From: Terriglobia bacterium
Lineage (GTDB): Bacteria > Acidobacteriota > Terriglobia > Acidiferrales > UBA7541
Length of the DNA: 64,000 nucleotides
Direction of reading: 5' to 3'
Assembly: GCA_963695545.1 (NCBI GenBank)
Contig: OY968796.1
Location: 832,001 to 896,000 of the forward strand
The notes beneath the pieces are model-generated. The model had not been told where the DNA came from. It made no database searches and worked only from the letters and a program-made list of their open reading frames with translations. The position numbers and the translations under genes are program-made. Of the stretch, positions 20,540-29,196 are shown one piece after another (the stretch's first letter is position 1; every line of letters starts with the position of its first letter).

Positions 20540-22597
20540 ATGCGCCGGCCCGTACCCGCCGCAGTTGCCGCGGCATTACTTGCCATGACATTTGCCGCCG
20601 CCGTCCCGATCGCCACGCCGCAGGAGAAAACTCCTGCGCCGCGCGTTTACCTGGTGGGCCGAATCGGATCGTACGCCGTCGTGCAGGTGTATGCCGACGG
20701 ATTCGATCAGTTGACGCCGAACGAGCGCGTACTCGCCTATCATTTGGCCGAAGCTGGAATCGCCGGCGATCCCATTTATTACGATCAAATCGCGCCGTAC
20801 GGCCTGGAACTAAAACGTCTGCTGGAAGGAATCTGGACGCACCCGGAAGGAATTCCTCCCGCGACGCTCAAGAAAATTCAGGATTACACGCAGCTCTTCT
20901 GGATCGGGCACGGCAATTACAATCCCGACAGCTCCGAAAAGTTTCTGCCGGAATTCACGCAAGTTGAATTGCGCGACGCAGCGCGCCGCGCACTGCACAA
21001 CGGCGCCGATTTCGGCGTAAAGGACAACAAGGGTCTGGATTTTCTACTGGAGCGGCTGGATCAGCCGATTTTCGATGCTAATTTCCGCCCGCAATTGACG
21101 GTGAAGAATCCGCCGCCGGGCCAGGATATTTTGACGGCGAGCGCCAACAATCTTTATGAAAACGTCGCGCAGGACGATCTTGCCGGATTCACGGAGCACT
21201 ACGCACTGAACTCACGCCTCGAAAAGCGCGGCGGCCACGTCTTTGAGAACGTGTGGCGCGCGGGCACGCCGGACCGGCGCGTTCCGCCCGGACTCTACGC
21301 GGCGCAGATCGGACGCATCATTGAACATCTGGGCGCGGCGGCCGCCGTGGCGCCGCCGATGGAAGCCGCGGTTTACCTTAAATTGATTCGCTACTACGAA
21401 ACCGGCGAGAAGGCCGATTGGTACGACTACAACATCGCGTGGTTGCAGACGGCATCTACGGTGGATGCCATCAACGGATTCATCGAGGTGTATCTGGATC
21501 CGCGCGGCGAAAAAGGCGCGTACGAATCTGTCGTGAGTTTCGTGGACCAGAACGAGACGCAATTGATGCGTCAATTCGCCGCGAACGCCCAATATTTTGA
21601 GCAGCGCGCGCCGTGGCTCGATGAATATAAGAAGCAAAACGTTCAGCCGCCGGTCGCGAACGTGATCACCGTGGTCTCCGAAGCGGGCAACGGCGGACCG
21701 CTTTCCGCGGCGGGCATCAACCTGCCGAACGAGCAGGATATTCGCCAGCAATACGGAACCAAGAGCATGCTGCTTTTGAACGTGACGACGGCGTGGTCAC
21801 AAGCGGCCGGGCAGCGCGCGCTCGAGGAATTTGCGTCGAGCGATGAGGAAAAGGAGCGCGGGCGAAAATACGGCCTTGAGGTGCGGAAGCTCGTGATCGC
21901 CATGCATGAAGTTTTGGGGCACGGCTCGGGAAGTGTCAGCGAGAAACTCATGTCCGATCCGCGAACATATTTGAAGGAATACTACTCGACGCTTGAAGAG
22001 GCGCGCGCGGATCTGGTGGCGCTGTGGGATTTCACCGATCCGAAACTGACCGAGCTTGGAATACAAGATCAGCAGGAATTGATGAAGACGGCTTACGATG
22101 CCGAGGCGCGCGCGGCGCTCGTGATGCTCTATCGTTATCCGCAGGGCGATCAGATTGTGGAGGACCACGATCGCGGAACGCAGATGATCGTCGGCTACTT
22201 GATGGAGAATTGCGGATGCATTGAGGCGGTGACGCGCGACGGGAAGCTTTATCTGCACGTGACCGATTACGACAAAATGCATCAGGGAATCGGCACGTTG
22301 CTCGCGGAACTGATGCGCATCAAGGCTGAGGGCGATTATCCGGCGATCCAATCGCTGGTGGACACTTACGGCGTGAAGCTAAATCCCGAATGGCGCGATC
22401 AAGTGGTGGCGCGGGCGAAGGCCATCGATCTTCCGACGCGCGGGGTTTTTCTTTCGCCGCTGATCGAGCCGGTGTACGACGCCGCGCACCACGTTGTGGA
22501 TGCGCGCATCCATTATCCGAGCAGTCTTGCGGAAGTGATGCTCGAGTATTCGCGCGAGAGTCTCGGTTACCTGCCCGCGGCGCCGGCGGCGCAATAA
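20540..22597 (+). CDS. Peptidase M49 (dipeptidyl-peptidase III family), secreted
   Basis: HEVLGH hexapeptide, EEARAD, GINLPN, GFIEVY.DP.G; AGGAGG RBS; signal peptide. Confidence 0.9.
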   Translation: MRRPVPAAVAAALLAMTFAAAVPIATPQEKTPAPRVYLVGRIGSYAVVQVYADGFDQLTPNERVLAYHLAEAGIAGDPIYYDQIAPYGLELKRLLEGIWTHPEGIPPATLKKIQDYTQLFWIGHGNYNPDSSEKFLPEFTQVELRDAARRALHNGADFGVKDNKGLDFLLERLDQPIFDANFRPQLTVKNPPPGQDILTASANNLYENVAQDDLAGFTEHYALNSRLEKRGGHVFENVWRAGTPDRRVPPGLYAAQIGRIIEHLGAAAAVAPPMEAAVYLKLIRYYETGEKADWYDYNIAWLQTASTVDAINGFIEVYLDPRGEKGAYESVVSFVDQNETQLMRQFAANAQYFEQRAPWLDEYKKQNVQPPVANVITVVSEAGNGGPLSAAGINLPNEQDIRQQYGTKSMLLLNVTTAWSQAAGQRALEEFASSDEEKERGRKYGLEVRKLVIAMHEVLGHGSGSVSEKLMSDPRTYLKEYYSTLEEARADLVALWDFTDPKLTELGIQDQQELMKTAYDAEARAALVMLYRYPQGDQIVEDHDRGTQMIVGYLMENCGCIEAVTRDGKLYLHVTDYDKMHQGIGTLLAELMRIKAEGDYPAIQSLVDTYGVKLNPEWRDQVVARAKAIDLPTRGVFLSPLIEPVYDAAHHVVDARIHYPSSLAEVMLEYSRESLGYLPAAPAAQ

Positions 22598-22633
22598 ACC
22601 TGCGGCAAAACTCAAGCTCTCAAAACACAAACT

Positions 22634-23434
22634 CTAGAGTTCGATGGGATCGAGCGGGATTTGCTGAGAAGCGACCCAGAGCTTGCCGGCGAAATCGGCG
22701 CGGCGGCCGAGGGCTTCTTCAGCGGAGATGCGCGCGACGTCGGGATTGTTATTGTTTTCGGAGAGATGCGCGAGGACCAGGAAACGAGCGCGGGCGTCAA
22801 AGCCTTCGGCGTCGGCGAGAAATTCGCTGACGGTGTGATTGGAAAGATGGCCGGTGCGACTCATCACGCGCTGCTTGACGTGCCACGGATAGGGACCAAC
22901 CTTGAGCATTTCGAGATCGTGATTCGATTCGAGAACCAAACAATCGGAATCGCGCAAATGGTGTTTCACGAGTTCGGGCAAATAGCCGAGATCGGTGGCC
23001 ACGGCGACTTTCGATCCATTGGAACAGAAAGTGAAGCCCAAAGGATCGGCGGCATCGTGCGGAATCGAGAATGGCGAGACTTCGATATCGCCGACGATGA
23101 ATTTCTGCCCGGCGCGAATGTGTTCGACGCGCGTGAGGCGCTTGGCCGAGCCATCGGGCAGGATGCGTTCGATTTCGTAGTGCGTGGCTTCGGTGAGATA
23201 AACGGGCGCGCGCCAGAAAACCGAGGCTTGCACGAGGCCGCCGATGTGGTCGGAATGCTCGTGAGAGAGAACGATGCCGTCGAGTGTGTCCGGGCGGCAG
23301 CCGAGGGAATCGAGGCGGCGAAGAAGTTCTTTTTTGCTGAGGCCGGCATCCACGAGAAGTCGGGTGTGCTCGGTCTCAAGCAACGTGCAATTGCCTGAGC
23401 TGCCGGATGCGAGAATCGAAATCCTGAACGAGAT
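22634..23434 (-). CDS. MBL-fold metallo-hydrolase (YycJ/WalJ-like); start probably ATC 23434
   Basis: ILASGSSGN, LVDAG, SHEHSDH, HDAADP, TDLG, LESNHD, GHLSN, AHLS..NN. Confidence 0.9.
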   Translation of the reverse strand: MSFRISILASGSSGNCTLLETEHTRLLVDAGLSKKELLRRLDSLGCRPDTLDGIVLSHEHSDHIGGLVQASVFWRAPVYLTEATHYEIERILPDGSAKRLTRVEHIRAGQKFIVGDIEVSPFSIPHDAADPLGFTFCSNGSKVAVATDLGYLPELVKHHLRDSDCLVLESNHDLEMLKVGPYPWHVKQRVMSRTGHLSNHTVSEFLADAEGFDARARFLVLAHLSENNNNPDVARISAEEALGRRADFAGKLWVASQQIPLDPIEL

Positions 23435-23570
23435 GCCGAGCCCCCAGATGACCTTAAAGCACTGCGCTCCGCGCAGCCAGGCGCGCGGACGAGCGCGCGG
23501 CGTCCGTTAAGGATGATCGCAAACTGCGCATCGGGCGTCAATGCGGTGGCTCGGCGATGCGCGGTGATGG

Positions 23571-24848
23571 TCATGAGGCGAGCAAGTCGCGAGTGAGATG
23601 GAAACCGTTGGGTGGGCCGACGACGGCTGCGGCGATTCGTTCGGGCGCGAAAGTTTCTTTGGCGATCTGCTGAATTTCTTCGGCGGTTACGGCTTCGATG
23701 GCCACGAGCAATTCTTCGACGCTGAAGAAACGGCCGAAATAGAGTTCGTGGCGGGCGAGTTGCGACATGCGCGCGCCGCTCGATTCAAGCGAGAGCACGA
23801 GCGAGCCTTTGAGCTGGTCTTTGCCGCGGCGCAACTCTTCGGCGGCGAGCGGTTCGTCGCGCAGGCTGCGAAATTCTTGGAGGACCGAGCGAATGAGCTG
23901 CTCGGCAGTTTTCGGCGCGGTGCCGGCGTAGACGGAGAGCACGCCGGCGTCGGAATAAGGATTGACGTCGCTGAACACGGAGTAGGCCAGGCCCTGGCGC
24001 TCGCGGATATTTTGAAAGAGGCGAGAAGACATGCCGCCGCCGAGGACGTTGTTGAGCAGAGAGAGGGCGAAGCGTCGCTCGTCGGCGATGCGATACGACG
24101 GAACGCCGAGGCAAATGTGCGATTGGCCGAGCTCGTTCTTGCTGCGCGAGACCAGCGCCGGCTCGGGACGCGGCGCGGGATCGATGGGCGCCTGAGGAAT
24201 CGATGACGAGGAGCCAAATTCGCGGGCGGCAAGTTCGACCAGGCGCGCGTGCTCGATGCGTCCGGCGGCGGTGATGATCGCGTTGTTCGGAGCGTAACCG
24301 GAGCGGAAGGTGTCGCAGAGCGCCTGGCGGGTGAAGGCGGAAACGCTTTCAGGCGTGCCGAGAATCGGGCGGCCGAGAGAATGCGCGGGCCAAAAACCCT
24401 GCGTGAATATTTCGTGCACGACGTACTCGGGATTATCTTCCTCCATGCGAATTTCCTCGAGCACGACCTGCTTTTCGCGCTGCAATTCCTCGCCGTCAAA
24501 GCGCGGGCGGAGAACCAGATCGGCGAGAAGATCGAAGGCGATGGGCAAGTGTTCGTCGAGGACCTTGGCGTTGTAGCAGACGATCTCTTTTTCAGTGAAG
24601 GCGTCAAGCAGGCCGCCGATGGAATCCATTTCGCGGGCGATTTGTTCGGCGGTGCGGCGCTCGGTGCCTTTGAAAAGCATGTGCTCGATAAAGTGGGAAA
24701 GACCGGCGCGGTCGGCGGGCTCGCGGCGCGAACCGGCGCGCAGCCAGATGCCAACGGAAACAGAACGCACGTGGGGCATGGGCTCGGTGACGATCACCAG
24801 ACCGTTGGGCAGAACATCGCGCTCGATTGTGCGTGCGGGTTCAGGCAT
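23571..24848 (-). CDS. M16 (pitrilysin family) zinc peptidase
   Basis: HFIEH inverted zinc motif, LGGGMSSRLFQ.IRE..GLAY. Confidence 0.93.
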   Translation of the reverse strand: MPEPARTIERDVLPNGLVIVTEPMPHVRSVSVGIWLRAGSRREPADRAGLSHFIEHMLFKGTERRTAEQIAREMDSIGGLLDAFTEKEIVCYNAKVLDEHLPIAFDLLADLVLRPRFDGEELQREKQVVLEEIRMEEDNPEYVVHEIFTQGFWPAHSLGRPILGTPESVSAFTRQALCDTFRSGYAPNNAIITAAGRIEHARLVELAAREFGSSSSIPQAPIDPAPRPEPALVSRSKNELGQSHICLGVPSYRIADERRFALSLLNNVLGGGMSSRLFQNIRERQGLAYSVFSDVNPYSDAGVLSVYAGTAPKTAEQLIRSVLQEFRSLRDEPLAAEELRRGKDQLKGSLVLSLESSGARMSQLARHELYFGRFFSVEELLVAIEAVTAEEIQQIAKETFAPERIAAAVVGPPNGFHLTRDLLAS

Positions 24849-24971
24849 GTGTTGGGTGTGAACTTGATTCTGGCACACGCTGGTTGCGAGCGCCACAGAG
24901 CCAGCGCGGGCTACGTCCTGCGAGCGGGTTCGAGGGGGTTTGCGCGTCACGGATGTCTCTCGATGAGCGGA

Positions 24972-25159
24972 GGGGTATATATACCCCCGGTATGTTTTTG
25001 CGAAAGTACTGAAACTACAGGGGATGCAGCAAAAGAGTGCGGATGAGTGTGAAAACGCAGGGAGTTAAAAATCAAGCTGTTCAATGAGTTGCGCACTCTT
25101 TTGCAATGGATTGAAAACAAAGGGGGTTGCGGGGGCACTTTGCGCGTGTCAAACGCGCA
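24972..25159. repeat. Structured intergenic element with palindromes and degenerate direct repeats
   Basis: 16-bp palindrome GGGGTATATATACCCC (24972-24987); 13-bp inverted repeat GCAAAAGAGTGCG/CGCACTCTTTTGC (25029-25041, 25092-25104); three TGAAA..AGGG units; hairpin at 25141-25159. Confidence 0.6.
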
Positions 25160-25242
25160 TTTCGGATGCCAAGGCTGTGAGGGGCGCGAGTGGGGGACCG
25201 GACGTGATGACAATTCGAAATGTACAAGGGCGAACATATACA

Positions 25243-25271
25243 ACCATAGCATATGTAAATTGTAATGTCAA
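25243..25271 (-). promoter_or_regulatory. Sigma70-type promoter firing leftwards
   Basis: Minus strand reads TTGACA-17 nt-TATGGT with an extended TGn. Confidence 0.65.
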
Positions 25272-25435
25272 TTAGTTTGTGAGTATTCGAAACAATTTCC
25301 ACAGGCACGCTTTGCTTACGGACCGGATGCATTTCCCAGAATCGCGCTATATCCAAGAAGTGGCGAGAGCAAGTCCGCCACCAATGTATAATCCCGTTTC
25401 CAATGGTGAGTTCCGCGCTGCGCGGGGAGGAATGA

Positions 25436-26350
25436 TTGTTCGATCCGAATCAACAGGTCTATCCCGATCGGCTGCCGCAGATTGTGCCGGCGTTCGGCGT
25501 GCGCGTGCGCGCGGATCTGGTGTTCACCGATGCCAAGGGAAAAGACAGTGCGGGGCAGAAGAAAATAGCGGAAAATGCGCTGGCGGGATTGCAGGCGATT
25601 CTGCCGCGGTTGATGGGGCCGAACGAGGTGGTGCTGGCGGTGGGGTTTGCGCAGGGACAAATTCCGATTTTCGAGCGGATGTTTCTTGGCTGGGGCGCTT
25701 ATCTGCTGGGACGGACTTGTTTGGTGGCGACCAACCGGGGACTGTTGCGATTCCGGATTCGCGGCAAGGGATTGTTCGGATGGGAGTGGGACAACGGAGT
25801 ACAAGGCATCGGCTGGGGAGACGTGGCGGAGGCTAAGGCAAAGGGCGGACTGGGAAGGCTGTTTGCGCTGCGCTACCGAAACAATCAGAAGGAAACCTAC
25901 TGGCGCCTGGCGGGAGTATTCGGCAAGAAACTTCAGACCCTGGCTCCGCTGCTGCTGAACGCGAATCTGGGAGAAGCGACCGCCGCGGGCGGACCGACGT
26001 CGCTGTGCCCGAAATGCCTCGCGCCACTGAACGCGGGCGTGTACCGGTGCGCGCAGTGCGGACAGGTATTTCGGGACGAAAAGAAATTGTTCTGGCGCAC
26101 GCTGCTGATTCCGGGCGGCGAATATTTTTATGTGCGTCAGTTTGGATTCGGGATTCTGCAGGCGTTTGTTGAGTTGATGGTGCTGGTGTACGCCGTCGTG
26201 CTTCTGGCTACGGCGGCCACCAGCGGCGGGGACGACGCAGTGACCGCCGCAGTGGCCGGCGCTTTCATATTCCTGGTGCTGATATTCCACAAATTGGCGG
26301 CCTACCAGCAATGCCGGCGGATGGTGCGAGGCTTCCTGCCCGCGAATTGA
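25436..26350 (+). CDS. Hypothetical membrane protein with zinc ribbon
   Basis: GGAGG RBS and TATAAT upstream; CPKC...CAQC; C-terminal transmembrane helices. Confidence 0.75.
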   Translation: MFDPNQQVYPDRLPQIVPAFGVRVRADLVFTDAKGKDSAGQKKIAENALAGLQAILPRLMGPNEVVLAVGFAQGQIPIFERMFLGWGAYLLGRTCLVATNRGLLRFRIRGKGLFGWEWDNGVQGIGWGDVAEAKAKGGLGRLFALRYRNNQKETYWRLAGVFGKKLQTLAPLLLNANLGEATAAGGPTSLCPKCLAPLNAGVYRCAQCGQVFRDEKKLFWRTLLIPGGEYFYVRQFGFGILQAFVELMVLVYAVVLLATAATSGGDDAVTAAVAGAFIFLVLIFHKLAAYQQCRRMVRGFLPAN

Positions 26351-26392
26351 ATCTGCTGTCGTATCATGGGTCGAGTATCCGCGGAAAACGCC

Positions 26393-27469
26393 ATGCCGGT
26401 TGAATTACTCGGAAAATCGATGGAGGAACTGCGAGGCTACTTCGCGTCGCTGGGCGAGGCGCCGTATCGCGCGAGGCAGCTTTATCGCGCGCTATATGCG
26501 GAGCGGCGATTCGATTTCGCGGCGATGACCAATTTGCCGGCGGCGCTGCGCGCGCGGCTTGCGACGGAGGCGCGCATATCGCTGCCGCGCGTGATGCGGC
26601 GATTCCCTTCCGCGGATGGATCGGTGCGATTTCTGATGGCGCTCGAGGGGGACGCGGGGCGCGCGGCGCAAATCGAAGCGGTGTTTATGCCGGCGGATGG
26701 GCGGCAGACCATTTGCATTTCAACGCAGGCGGGCTGCGCGGTGGATTGCCATTTCTGCTTGACGGCACAGTTGGGATTGATTCGGAATTTGACGGCGGGA
26801 GAAATTGTGGGGCAGGCGCTGGTGGCGCTGGCGGAACACGGCGAAGCGGCGCTGGCACCGCGAACCAACATTGTTTTGATGGGGCAGGGCGAGCCGCTGC
26901 TGAATTACGACGCGGTAATGGCGGCGGTACGCATCATGTTGGACGCGGAGGGCATGGCGATTTCGCCGCGGCACGTGACGCTTTCAACGAGCGGGATTGT
27001 GCCGGGGATCGAGCGGCTGGCGACGGAGAGCGTGCGGCCGAAGCTCGCGATTTCGCTGAACGCGTCGACGGACGAACAGCGCGACGCGCTGATGCCGATC
27101 AATCGCAAATATCCGCTGGCGGCGCTACTGGAGGCATGCCGGCGATATCCGCTGCGGACGTGGGAATCGCTCACATTTGAATACGTGCTGCTAGGCGGAG
27201 TGAACGATGCGGTGGAAGACGCGCGACGCGTGGCGCGCTTGGTCGCGAATTTGCGCGCGAAGGTGAATCTGATTCCGTGGAATCCGGGGGCGCTGCCGTA
27301 TCGCTCGCCGGAGGCGTCGCGCGTGGAGGAGTTTCGGCGAACGCTGGTGGATAAAGGCGTGCCGGCGTTTGTGCGGTTATCGCGCGGGCAGGATGTGTTT
27401 GCGGCGTGCGGGCAATTGGCGCTGGTGGAGACGGGGGCGGGGGCGTTGCCGGTGATTCCGTCTCGGTGA
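26393..27469 (+). CDS. rlmN: 23S rRNA m2A2503 / tRNA m2A37 methyltransferase RlmN (alternative start 26366)
   Basis: CISTQAGCAVDCHFC radical-SAM motif, MGQGEP, AISL, FEYVLL.GVND, AACGQL. Confidence 0.95.
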   Translation: MPVELLGKSMEELRGYFASLGEAPYRARQLYRALYAERRFDFAAMTNLPAALRARLATEARISLPRVMRRFPSADGSVRFLMALEGDAGRAAQIEAVFMPADGRQTICISTQAGCAVDCHFCLTAQLGLIRNLTAGEIVGQALVALAEHGEAALAPRTNIVLMGQGEPLLNYDAVMAAVRIMLDAEGMAISPRHVTLSTSGIVPGIERLATESVRPKLAISLNASTDEQRDALMPINRKYPLAALLEACRRYPLRTWESLTFEYVLLGGVNDAVEDARRVARLVANLRAKVNLIPWNPGALPYRSPEASRVEEFRRTLVDKGVPAFVRLSRGQDVFAACGQLALVETGAGALPVIPSR

Positions 27470-27496
27470 CGCGCGCATTCTCATCTGAACAAAGGC

Positions 27497-27541
27497 GGGC
27501 GCAGGCAAGCCTGCCTGTCGGCAGGCAGGCTCCGCCCCTAC
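27497..27541 (-). repeat. GTAG-type REP-like element with a nested palindrome
   Basis: Minus strand reads GTAGGGGCGGAG-CCTGCCTGCCGACAGGCAGG-CTTGCCTGCGCCC, between convergent rlmN and pgeF. Confidence 0.6.
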
Positions 27542-27611
27542 AAAGGCAAAAGCAAAGGCGGCGTTAGCGCGGTCATCGGCAAGAGCAAGGCGGCGTTAGC
27601 TCAATCTATTT

Positions 27612-28565
27612 CTAGCGGTGGCGGATGCCGATTGCGGACATCAGGCGGCCTGTGGCGGCGCCTTCGCGGCGATAACTGAATAAAAGATCGGTGCGGCAGG
27701 CGGTGCAGAGCGGACTGACGGCGATGCGCGCGGAGGGGACACCGGCGTCAAGCAATTGCCAGCGATTCGCGGCGCGCAAATCGAGTTGCACGCGCGGCGG
27801 CGGAGGCTGGTGGCCGGGCGGCATCATGTTGAGCCACGGAAGAGGATTCGGTTCTTCGCCGGAGGAGAGGCGATCGAAGGGGCCTGCGAACCAATTTTTC
27901 GCGGCGCTGAATTGTGCTGCGAACAGTTGCGCGACTTCGGGGCCGACTTCGTAGCAGCACGGGCCGATCGAGGGGCCGAGCGCGGCGATGACGTCGGCGG
28001 GGCGCGTGCCGAATGACATGCGCATTTTGCCGAGCGTTTTTTGCGCGATGCGCGCGAGTGTGCCGCGCCAGCCGGCGTGGATGGCGGCGATGGCGCGGCG
28101 GCGCGTGTCGACAAGAAGGATTGGAACGCAATCGGCGGTTTGCACAGTTAACAGGATTCCGGGCGTTTGGGTGAGGAGCGCGTCGGCGCGCGGCGGCTGG
28201 GCGGGGATGCGCGGCTCGGAGATGACGTGAATCACATCGGAATGAAATTGGCGCGCGGCGGCGAAAGGCCAATCGGCGGCACCGAGCGCGGCGGCAAAAC
28301 GATGGCGGCGCGCGGCGACGGCGGGGCGGGAATCGCGCTCGGTGAAACCCAAATTAAATGGGGCGCTCTTCGCGCTGGCGGCGGTGTCAACGCGCGTGCT
28401 GAAACCGTGGACGAGCCAGGGGAGGCGCGCGAGCTGTGCGGATTCGAGCGTGCAGATGCCATGAGCGCGGCGGGACGTCCAAACTTCGGCGTCGGTGGAG
28501 GCGGGTCGCGCGGCGCGGGAGCGTGCCGGCTTTTTGTTGCGTGGCGTGCGTAGTTTGCGAGCCAT
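27612..28565 (-). CDS. pgeF: YfiH/PgeF family (laccase domain / purine nucleoside phosphorylase)
   Basis: HGFSTR, Q.HS, TADCVPILL, HAGWRG, GPSIGPCCYEVG, FSYRR. Confidence 0.93.
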   Translation of the reverse strand: MARKLRTPRNKKPARSRAARPASTDAEVWTSRRAHGICTLESAQLARLPWLVHGFSTRVDTAASAKSAPFNLGFTERDSRPAVAARRHRFAAALGAADWPFAAARQFHSDVIHVISEPRIPAQPPRADALLTQTPGILLTVQTADCVPILLVDTRRRAIAAIHAGWRGTLARIAQKTLGKMRMSFGTRPADVIAALGPSIGPCCYEVGPEVAQLFAAQFSAAKNWFAGPFDRLSSGEEPNPLPWLNMMPPGHQPPPPRVQLDLRAANRWQLLDAGVPSARIAVSPLCTACRTDLLFSYRREGAATGRLMSAIGIRHR

Positions 28566-28780
28566 GATTATCACTCGACAACTTTCCGCGGCACGGAAAA
28601 GGCTGGAGACCTAAAGTTCTCCGCTGCGAAGGCCGCGAGGACGCGGCGCTGGACGGATTTCGCGCGGGAGCGACGGAAACGCGGGAGCGGCGGCCGCCGG
28701 AGCGCGCGGCCGGCGGATGTATAATTTTCAAGCGGCGCACACAATGTTTGGGGCGCCGGGGGAGACGGACGAACGCCGTT

Positions 28781-29158
28781 ATGATCGTGGGGCTGGGAGT
28801 GGATTTGGCGGAGGTGGGCCGCGTGCGCGCCGCAATCGAGCGGCGTGGCAAGGCGTTTCTGCACCGCGTGTACACGGAGCGCGAAATCGCGTACTGCGAG
28901 AGGCACCGCAATAAATTCGAGCGCTACGCGGGGCGCTTCGCGGCGAAAGAAGCGGCGATGAAGGCGCTGGGAACAGGATGGTCGCACGGGGTGCGCTGGG
29001 TAGACATTGAAGTGGCGCGCATGGCGAGCGGGAAGCCCACGCTCGCGCTGCACGGCGAGACGCAGGCGATCGCGGAACGATTGGGCGCGAAAAATATCAC
29101 GGTGAGCATTACGCACAGCGGCGATTGGGCGTTTGCGCAAGTGATCTTCGAGAATTGA
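28781..29158 (+). CDS. acpS: Holo-ACP synthase
   Basis: IVGLGVDL, AGRFAAKEAAMKALGTG, VSITH. Confidence 0.95.
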   Translation: MIVGLGVDLAEVGRVRAAIERRGKAFLHRVYTEREIAYCERHRNKFERYAGRFAAKEAAMKALGTGWSHGVRWVDIEVARMASGKPTLALHGETQAIAERLGAKNITVSITHSGDWAFAQVIFEN

Positions 29159-29196
29159 AACTGCCTTCGCTTTACCCTTCCCCGCAACAGACAAGA

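Noticed and set aside
24972..25159. CRISPR array, tRNA or replication origin
   Set aside because: Repeats are degenerate and irregularly spaced; no cas genes, cloverleaf or DnaA-box cluster is visible.
24947..25252. 101-aa ORF as a confident CDS
   Set aside because: It runs through palindromes and repeats and has atypical composition; kept only as part of the element finding.
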